A stretch of 64,000 nt of DNA from Tubiluchus corallicola. Its lineage: Eukaryota; Animalia; Priapulida. The stretch spans positions 323,079 to 387,078 of the forward strand of contig JAQGDQ010000208.1 of NCBI GenBank assembly GCA_030141605.1, given 5' to 3'. Of the stretch, positions 53,001-64,000 are shown piece after piece. The notes beneath the pieces are model-generated. The model had not been told where the DNA came from and searched no databases. It saw nothing but the letters and a program-made list of their open reading frames with translations. The position numbers were made by a program, and so were the translations under genes. Numbering within the stretch: the stretch's first letter is position 1; every line of letters starts with the position of its first letter.

Positions 53001-56000
53001 CGACTATATTAAATGAAATGCATATCTAGGACATAAGCGGACAAGACTTTTCGGTTTGACTTACTGCAAGGCATTTACTAACTCATATATAAATACACAT
53101 AGGTGTATTGAGCACCTTCTACCTTCTACAGAAAAGCTAGAAGATCGGATACAAACTTGTGAACTTTTGTTTTCAGAAGAAATTGGAGTTATATTGGAAT
53201 TTCAAAATTTGAATGACATTTTCAACAATGGATATATATTTGCCGTAACTTCGAGAAATGTTCAACTATTGGTAAGGTAATATTATAAATTAATGCCAGC
53301 AAAAGCCTGGAAAATATCAAGTATTGTCAAGTAACATTTACACGTATACTATGCTACTTGTGTGATACTACACTAGTATCAGATGAACCAGCGTTATTTT
53401 CTTTAGCCTGCATTTAAAAGTTCGCAGCCCAGCATGAAAGAGGGCCAGGCGAACAACTATCACAACAGGCGATCAGGAGTCTGACAAAAGGACCTATCAG
53501 AATCAAAACATTGCGGGTACAAGGAGAAGTTTTCTCATGCATCACAGTGAAAAACACCGGAATGGACCGTGAGCATGAATACATTTCATTTTTGGAGTTT
53601 TTGGACTTGACCACAAGCAAACAAAAGTGCGGAGAAGTCAGCAAGAAAAATGCTCAGCAGTCACAGATGTGTGTGGGTGAGAAAAGAATCCAGAGAAGAA
53701 AAAAAGAAAGAAAAATAGGAGTATAAAACCTGAGAAAATTCAAAGAGAGGGGTACAGGGTAAGATACCACAGAATGAGGAGCTTAGTAACGCGATGACAG
53801 TTCACATTGCACAAGACAGTGCAACAGGCCCAGGAGCAGCACAACGTTTTCCATCGATTTACAATCTATACAGCCTAGGCCTTTAAAATAAGCTTAAACT
53901 TTGTGCACAATTAAATTTTTAATGAGAAGTGAGAAATTTCTAGCAATTATCAATTCTATTTATAATAATATATGGTTAGACAAAATAAGAAGAAGAATCA
54001 ATAATAATAATCTATAATAATAACAGTCACTTTTTCATTAAACTATATCACACTTGGAACTCACATTGTGCTAGTTTTTCACTGTTTGTGTTTCTAATAA
54101 GCAATGTTTTATTTTTTCGAAGGAGTTGAGTTGTCAAAAATGATCTCACATTTGAGTTCCAAGTCCGGTAACCACGCAGCGCCTTTTGTACATGAGCGCA
54201 CCCATGTTTATTAGAGGGTGCTTTAACTCGTTTATCCGTTTTAGGTCAAAAGCCTACAGGGAAGATATCACGGGGACTTATAATCATCCCCCTTAGCAAC
54301 CCAAATGGCGCGAACCATATGTAAGCGCTAGGAGGGGGTAACACGATATATCCACTGTTGGTTCATTCATAAATAGCAGCAGCAAGTGCATGAATGAACC
54401 GACTGCGCTACTTCCCAGGCTCTTTTGACAAGCAAAAATTCAAGGCCATCATTGGAAGATATTCTTTCTCTACACATTTTCAAGCGACCAAGACGCTTAA
54501 TATCGTAAGGAATACAAATATGTTTATGTGACTGAACACTGAACATAACAAAATATGAATTGTTGCAGTTATTTTAGTGACCATTACGGTAGGTTTTAGG
54601 AGTCTTTTTGCTATGATAAATGACTAGGTATTTAAAACGTTCCCGAGCATACTTGTTCTATTGCGTCTGGCCATGAAGTCTGTACGTCACGTGGATGGAA
54701 AGAGTCAGTTCGTCACCCACTGCTTTCTTCTCGGATCCAAGTTGAGATAGAGATTATTTAAAACGACTTTCGTTATTTCTTGTAATTTATGATGGTTGGA
54801 TGTGAGTCAGGTTTGGGTCTGGATCTCTGACCCTAAGGTATGATGTTTGCGGACCACAGATTCAAGCTCCTTATGCTATGGGTCACACGGGTATGATGGA
54901 ATAGCGGCTGCTTGCCCAAGACGCATTTGCTCATATCTCTAGAAATATTTGCTCATATTTCTATCTTGGCATAAAGATTTTTTTGAATAAAAACAGCACA
55001 GCAAATCACTTAGCCGGTTTGCCGCATAAGTGGCTGCGGCAATTATATGTGAACGCGCTTGCGGTTTCCCGTTGGTTTACCGACTGTTATAAAAACTGGG
55101 AACTTAATTAGCCTGCAGCTAGATCAAAGCATGGAGTAGCCGCCCATTACACAACACAGCTTTACGTTATCCCTGTTTATAGTAGCAATAAACTAATTGC
55201 TCTCTAACTATAAGCTGCATGCACAAGTTAACATACTCTCCGTAAACACGAGTCCTGAAATAGCTTATAAATAGTATCAAAGCTGGTTCTCCTAGTAGTA
55301 TTAAACTTTCATAATAGACAAAAAATCGACACTTTTACACAAGATTTACTTTAATATCATTCTGATAAATTCTGATAAGTTATGATAAATTTAACAGAAT
55401 TGCAACAAAACTGACTGCGTCGGAACGCAATGAACGTGACATTAGAATTATCGGTACAGCAAGTACATGTAACTAAATGAAGTAATCACCGAACTCTGCC
55501 GAATAAATATGATTCAAAATTCGCAAATAGGTATTTGTGCATTTGGAAAGATGCCACGTTAAACATAGCTTTTACACGCAAGCCATTTTTTCTAGACTTC
55601 TACACTGATAAGCCAGTCAAAAACTGCTCAAATACATGCAAAGGCGCGGCTGTGTGCTTAACGACGAAATTAAGCAATGCCAAGTCTGGTAAGTAAATGG
55701 ATTGGCGATCACCTAAATAGCGGACACAAAGCTGCTTCGTTTGCCCATAGCTATTTACTACATTAAGGGAGGATGCAGCCACATTCAAACATGGCTAAGA
55801 CACCTCTATCGACTCAGCGTCTCATCTTAGAGGATTATCTTTGATCCATAAATACATTCCGGTCGTGCCACTATAATCTACTCTTACTAAGCCCTGTCAC
55901 TGAACGTTTTTTCAGAGCTACTGTATAAAAATGTCTTGTGATGTTCAAAGAAGGTAATTTATTCGAGGGTTGATCACCCAAATAAAAAGATAAAGAAAAT

Positions 56001-59000
56001 GTAGTCTTACTATAGGTAAAAGCCATTTAAATGTTTTTTCTCAACAAGAATTCCTCATGCAAAAAATTCCTTGTCTTTCTTTGTAGCACAACATTGAAAT
56101 GGCAAATATATGTATAAATTTCTCTTTGAAAACAAAAACTAAAAAAGTGAGCAATTTTTGAAGTTAAACCTGTATAGTAAGTTTAAAGTTGGCAAGGTTG
56201 AGGGCCAATTTGTCAGTTTCACAACACAATAGTTTTTCACAATGCTTCTACAGTGGATTACCCCTTGCCAATCATTTTATTGGATCATAGATTTATTATC
56301 CGATTTACTGGGGAAAGAGCTTGAAAGCAACAAAAACATAAAGAAGCCACAGAACTACCTTGTATGTATATACAGATTTTACATTAACTAGCAATTCTCT
56401 TGAACTTTTCCCAAGATACCAGGCCCATATTCAGTTACTGTGTGCCGTTTAGTGTTCTAGTCTGAACTAAGGCCCATATATATTTGATACTAAATTAATC
56501 TTTAACACAGTTTCAGTTTATCTCAAATAATTAAATAGCCTATTTAAGTTGCGAACTCTGCATCACTATCTCAGATCAGAAAGCCTATAGGCATAGTAAA
56601 AATCAACAGAAAATTGTTCCATACAAACAAAAAAATAATTTAGTAAGACTGCTGAAGCTCAATTGCATGCTGTAAAACAATAGTAACAAAACTGCAATTT
56701 TTAACTGAAAACACTACTTGTAAGTACTACTTACTTTTATATGCATAGCTGACATTGGGCTGGTTTGTTCAAGATAGAAATCAGTGCTTTCTAAATCTCC
56801 ATAAAATTCTAATTCCATTTCTCCAGAACAGCCCTAAGGATAAAAAATATAATTCAATAATATAATTACAGGACTGATTTCTTGCAATTTAGTGTGCACA
56901 TCTATAAAGTAAAGTAAATTTAAATGCAAGGTGTAATATAAGAATAATTATCACATTCACAATTAAATGATAAAAAGCAAAATTGGTAAAACATTTGTCT
57001 CTCAATCTTACATGTTAAATTCTACAACAGGACTCTTTATGCATCTATAACTTTTGTAACTTTCGTTAAAAATTATGCACAGAATATTTATCAGTAACGT
57101 TTAATTAGCAGAAATAATCAATTTCCAGCGATGAAAATTACAAATTAACAAGTTTATAAAATTTAATCCTAAATATAAAAGTGCACTTTAGCTGCCATTT
57201 GCTGCATAATTATTTTACATAATGATATAAAAAAGTTACAACTAAGTTGAATTAAAATAACCAACAATACGCCTACCTTTGAAAGCAATGGGAAGCTACA
57301 GTACGACCTCTGTTTGCTGCCAGCTTGCTAGATAAAAATCCCCTTTTAAATTTGAATTACGTGACACCACTTCAATGGGGCACTTATAAGTTCTCCTTTC
57401 TTCTCCTGTAAAACACGTACACCTGTAGCGTGTTCTTACCAATCGATGTTAGTCAACTTTTAAATATCACTGTCAACTTCTCTCTCTCCGCGAAACTTCG
57501 GGGAAGACTGTTCTCCACAAAACTACAAAGCTAAATGACCTCCAAAAGCAGGTATCTTACCTGATATTGTGCTAAGGTTATTCCTGTATATTATGAGCGT
57601 CTCAAGAAGGCGTGGGAACTCCTTGTCTCCTTCTGAAATCGAATTATTTCAAGCAACCATGCGAAACAAACTTCGGTACGGTAGGCAAACATGGCGTCTC
57701 GGCTACAGCAATTTATGAATGGGCAGCTAGCTCGAGCAGTGATTGGTTGGCTGCTGGAGCTGGCGTACCAGTGCCAAAGATTATAAACACGCGATTTGTG
57801 TTTGCTGGGAAGTTCACGTAAGGCCCAAAGTGTAGGTAAATAATTAAATATGTCCAAGTAGACTTTTTATTTGCACTCATAAATAATTAAGTACAGTCTC
57901 CGTTATACTTTGTGGGCTATTTACAACATGAAAATGTGCCGAAGCTATTTCATGCAGACATTATTATCTCTTATATAATGCAACTAATCCAAAACGTTTT
58001 CAAATGGATTAATCTCCAGGTGTAAGTAGTGTTTATTGATATTTAGTGTAATTCCTTTTCTCAAAAACAAAAACAGTAGCTAGTCAAGCCTTTAAATTGG
58101 CACGCCCGTTGGTAATTAAATTGAGGTACCCAGACTACCGAGAGACGTCTGGCAGTGTGCCACAGAGTACAGAAATGGAAACTATAAAATCACTGGAAAA
58201 AACGTTAAAAATTACTGAAACTAAAAGAACATTAGAAAATAACACGATTGGCGAAATAAAAAAAGTTATTGGGACAAAATTAAAATTTTGGAAAAATCAA
58301 CCGAAAAAATGTCTACCAAACAAAATTAACTAACAGTAGTATTAACAAATTTTTGAAGGGGTTAGCTGAATTTTCAATAGAGTTTTCACATAGCTGCCCA
58401 CATAGCCTAGTCAGTAAAACCAGAGAATGTAATGTTAGCAGCTACGCTTAAAGGATAAGAAAAGGGATACCTGAAGTAGGTTTCACATTACTATTCTAAT
58501 ACTTTATAGCAATTTTATGCATATGTCGTGCTCGCATTGAAAGGCATTTTAGTTTGTTTTTCATTTTAAATTTCACGCAATACTGTTCCGAAGTCGCTAT
58601 TACATGACGCAAACGTAAATCAGGGGAAGAAAAGGCAATGATAAATTATGTAACAAAGAACTTTCCATGCAAATCTATATTACTTAGCTTTTCGTTTACC
58701 TGCGCCAAAGACTTATGTAACTAGAAAAGAAAATTTTTAATTATTTGAAATGCTTTCATCAAGTATTGATAAAATATCGCTGACTCCAGGGTGCACCACT
58801 AATCAAAAGTGTATCCTTAATCTTATTGACAAGATACAGTAATTTAAAATTTCACTCAGTTAGTGACGCGTGCGCTACGAATGCTCTGATTATTTTTTCA
58901 AATTTTACACATTGTTATCTAAACTTGTTTCAAATGACCAGTAGCCAAAATGGTTGCGTCTAACGGTCATCGCGGGAGTTTAAATTTACATGTTTTATGC

Positions 59001-59675
59001 AGCGTGACTGCCGATTGAAGTCCTGTATGTAAAGAGGCAGTACGTAAATGATATAAAATTTCAAGACGAATTTTTTTAAGCTTTATGTATATAGAGGGTT
59101 TTCTTGTGCTTTAAACTGCTAAAACTAATGAAACGATCGCCCATGAAAACGCTCGCTATCGTCTAGGCGTATTTTGCGCCATCTGTTATTTAGAAATAGA
59201 AATACTCTCTCAGTTCTTTGAAAAATATTATCACTTGTGGCATAATGACTTAATCAATAACTGCGGGCGTACGTAGTTTGCATACCGTACAGGTTACACA
59301 TCACACGTACATCGACCCCAGTAAGGGCAAAACTACCAGCACATTCTTGTTAGTTGACACACATGGAAATAGATTTTTTACAGTATACATTTTTCATTAC
59401 GAAATCTGTATCCACCACTCACGGTAAACAGAAGTCAAAATAAAGTCAACGTACAAAAATGGCAAAGAAAGCTTTTAACTTTCGGTTGTTGTCTTTAATA
59501 AATGAACTGCTATTTAATGAGGTAAATAATACTTTGTATTAGATTATAATAAGGTGTACTTGCCAACCAAAACGTTGGCTTTGGTTGTCAGGTGTAATTT
59601 AGGCGAAGCCTCGAAGGCAGATTTTTTTGCCTATTGTGCCCCACCTAATCGTCACCTAATGTGATAGTCTTCCCC

Positions 59676-59785
<110 letters not shown>

Positions 59786-60834
59786 TACTGTCAAAATTCT
59801 TCAAGCTTTGTTCCTGTTAAACATGTGGTTAGACATTTCTTATAATTATGCAATAATTCACTTTATTTCAAGAAGTTAAAACAATAAAAAGTGGACTACG
59901 GAGTTATAAATTTATAATAGTATCAGCTATATAAAGAAGCATATTTACAGCAGCAAATACAAATAAACACTGGTTACAAAAACCATAAAATACCATAATG
60001 CTTAACAAAAATAACATGAAGTTTAACAAAACAAAGAATAATAACATCAATAGATTTGATTATGCAAATTATTTTCTCTAAAACATTACTACTGGTTAAT
60101 TTTTTCAGGTCATTAGTAATAAACACCAGTGTTTTACATTAAACACATCTATTGATTTTATTCGCAATCCTTTGTGTAATAATTAACAAGGCACAGAAGT
60201 GCTCGTAAAAATAAACAACAATGGTTTAAATATAATAAACTTTTGTTAGCGAAACTGCCTAGCTACTTTCCTTTACAAACGAATAAATACAGTTTAAAAA
60301 CTTACTGCGAAAATTTAGTTAAGATAACACAATGCTTACATGTTTACACAACTTTCACAGCAGTGCACACCATAAACGATGATGAAACGTGTAAGCAATT
60401 TTGTTAAAATATTAATTGCTATTGCATTTCTATCGTTACAAATGTTACAAGTATATTAGGCCTATAATGTAATAGTCTACAATACTTATATATTATCATT
60501 GTGCAGCTAGACTTTGTGTAATTCAAACGACAATTGTATTAATTTGAAGGGGCCTACAGTCAAATATCAAAGAATAATGAATTAACTCGTGTTAAAATTT
60601 AACGTCAAGCTGTCTATGCGTATCATATTTTACAGTCTTGTGCATTAGTACGTAATACATACTACGTTAGTACACAGTAGTGACTAGGCAGTTGAAAGCA
60701 CAAGTGTGCAGCTCAATTGTGTGGCATCCCGTTTATGAGTTAGTTGGACTATGGTTTACGTTAGCAACGACAGGTGAGCAATAGAAAATTGGTGGTAATA
60801 GTACTGGTAGTACTGTAGAAATGTAGTAATGGCA

Positions 60835-61992
<1,158 letters not shown>

Positions 61993-62452
61993 CAGCTATG
62001 CAAAACAGAAAACATGTGATTGCAGATAACGACAACTAACCTACTTATTGATTGTCATTTTCACAACAAACAGAGTAGTTTTCACGAACTTTCTGTTCTG
62101 AAATTAATTTATTTAAAATTGTATTATTATTATGCGACTAACCGTAAATTTCATCAGCGGCGTAAAGATGTAACTGCTGCCATCTGTTATCAGACTAAGG
62201 AGTTTCATTTTTAAACTACTGTGTTTGGTTATGGACGAGTGTATAATGTGGTCTTGTTGGCCCCTTCAAATTTTATGGTTAGTAGATTACTGTAATTTTT
62301 AACAAAATAAATATTGCTACTTTTTGGTTTTCTAGTATTTTAGTGCATTTATGCAAACATAAATTTACGTTACTGAAGTATTAGTTCAACGCCGTTTAAC
62401 ATAATAGTTAACCATGCAAAGTTAAAACATGTTTACACAAAATTTTGTGTAA

Positions 62453-62458
62453 TTTATT
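62453..62458 (-). other. Candidate polyadenylation signal for the Gly/Tyr-rich gene
   Basis: AATAAA on the minus strand ~370 nt downstream of the stop codon. Confidence 0.35.
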
Positions 62459-62831
62459 ATTCGCTGTATATCACAGATAGATGCTGGAAGAGCGCACTGT
62501 GCAGGTTAAAAATAATCAACCAATTTTGATTAGTCAGTAATGTAGAAAACTTCGCACATTTTTCACACACATAATAAATGAGAATAGTATGAGCAATAGC
62601 CACAAGTGAAGTTTAGAGTGGCAATTGCCAAACGCTGACGACAGTGATGATAATGATAATAATGAGGTAATGGGATGAAAATTATATCACGTTGCCTTTA
62701 CGAATCGAGTTGTAATATTTACATTTACTGTACAAGTTTAATCTTCTTCTTTTTCGTTTCTTCTTCTTCCTCTACAACATGCGGCTATACACACTGACAT
62801 GACAGCAAACAAGCAAACTAAAAGTGTCAGT

Positions 62832-62976
62832 CTACCAAGGGTAACTGTAAACTGGAGCGTATAGTTTCCTGTAGAACAGACCGTGTGTCGGGTGGAAGTC
62901 ACTGTGACCCCACGCTGTTCCCCTCACGTAGTTGTTATTCTTGTGCTTTCCGTAGAAATCGGCTCCATATGCATTT
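62832..62976 (-). CDS. Terminal exon of Gly/Tyr/His-rich protein (NAYGADFYGKHKNNNYVRGTAWGHSDFHPTHGLFYRKLYAPVYSYPW*)
   Basis: tttgcag acceptor; phase matches the upstream CA|gtaagt donor; TAG stop at 62832-62834; same composition as the upstream exon. Confidence 0.85.
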
Positions 62977-63348
62977 CTGCAAAGTAATTAATTAATTAAT
63001 AATTAAATGAGTAAAAACATCAACGAAAATTGAATTTCATCGGAGGGTCTGAATTATTGATACCTGATGGGCAAAAGAACATCTGTAAGTGGGTGCTTTT
63101 GTTTCAAAAGTTATTATCTGAGTAAATGATTTTTGTAGAAATTTAGGCGAACAGTCTTGTAGTATGAGCAAATATAGACATTAAAGCAAAGTGGGAAATC
63201 TAAAGCTCTCCTATATTATTAAATAAATCCAACAAAAAGGGAAAGATACAGTGGAGTTACTGGAGTATCTCCTGACTGAAAAAAACGCTTCATTTTTCCA
63301 TTAATTTCACAAGTTCTTATCATTAAAGATTATCACTTTGTAACTTAC

Positions 63349-63596
63349 TGATATTGACCATTTGAGCCGATGTTATTGTATCTATTGTTATAGTACTGTC
63401 CGTCGTCTCTCGTGTTGTATTTGCCCTTGTCTTTGTAGTAATCGCCTCTATGTGTGCTGTATTCTCCACGATGGTTTGCCTTGCCGTGTCCGTGTCCGTA
63501 CTGTCCGTTGATATCACTGTGGTAGTCCCCACGAGCGTATGGACCACCGTAGTAATCGCCATTATAGGGGCCACCATAGCCACCTGACGCTAACAC
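63349..63596 (-). CDS. Internal exon of Gly/Tyr/His/Asn-rich, probably secreted protein (VLASGGYGGPYNGDYYGG…GSNGQYQ)
   Basis: ttgcag acceptor (phase 0), CA|gtaagt donor (phase 2), 248 nt, strongly biased composition. First exon presumably lies beyond the window. Confidence 0.88.
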
Positions 63597-64000
63597 CTGC
63601 AAATTGGCGATTTCAAATTAAAAAAAATACTGTTTTTCAAAAACTAGTAGAACAGCATACTTTTTACTCGCACTGTCATAAGTACTATTTTGAATCTCTG
63701 CTTTCTTGACTGTAGTTTTTATAGACCACGCTCTGGTACATTTTGTAAAACTTTGTCCGCTATCACTAGGTCAACAATTTTATATATTTTGGCTTGCTTG
63801 GCTTGCCCATTCGAGGCTTATTGATCATTGGGACCATGTTAAGTATATTGATTTAATAATGACAATTTAAAAGCGACAAAAGGCGACATAAAAGCCTTTG
63901 GCGTTTTGCAAAAGGTCGTTCATATTTCACGGTTCACATGCTGTAAAGTCTAATGTAATTAATTCGCGCTTTTTATACACATCGGCACACTGCTCTCACT

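Noticed and set aside
54357-54403. pre-miRNA call
   Set aside because: The 14-bp stem is too short for a canonical pre-miRNA and I recognise no miRNA seed; kept only as a motif-pair observation.
63323-63583. Thr-rich 86-aa ORF (MAMVAPIMAITT…)
   Set aside because: Alternative frame of the Gly/Tyr-rich exon; the GY frame splices to a matching terminal exon with the same composition.

Overview
Eukaryotic, AT-rich, intron-rich genomic DNA, probably an invertebrate chordate such as an ascidian (inferred from protein similarity, not proven). Most ORF-track entries are noise. Most of the window is one minus-strand Ets1/2 (Pointed-type) transcription factor gene. Exons built by hand from GT-AG sites and phase: 41306-41132 (…IKPEP…IQKVPSIGDL), a ~34 kb intron, 6806-6690 (VPPLTP MAPK site), 4378-4178 (PNT/SAM domain), 2891-2673, 1666-1427, an optional 12-nt microexon 1035-1024, and 954-718 (…AATLAGYS-G). 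The ETS DNA-binding domain lies beyond the left edge. The 34 kb intron contains four ATG-initiated, stop-free candidate exons ending in phase-1 GT(A/G)AGT donors, suggesting an array of alternative N-termini spliced onto one constant Ets core. Capicua-type TGAATGAA sites appear enriched in the locus. At the right end are the last two exons of a second minus-strand gene encoding a Cys-free, Gly/Tyr/His/Asn-rich, RGD-containing, probably secreted protein. The rest is MITE, SINE and LINE remnants, a decayed 5S rRNA-derived copy, and microsatellites including a ~1.15 kb (TAA/TAG/TGG)n tract.
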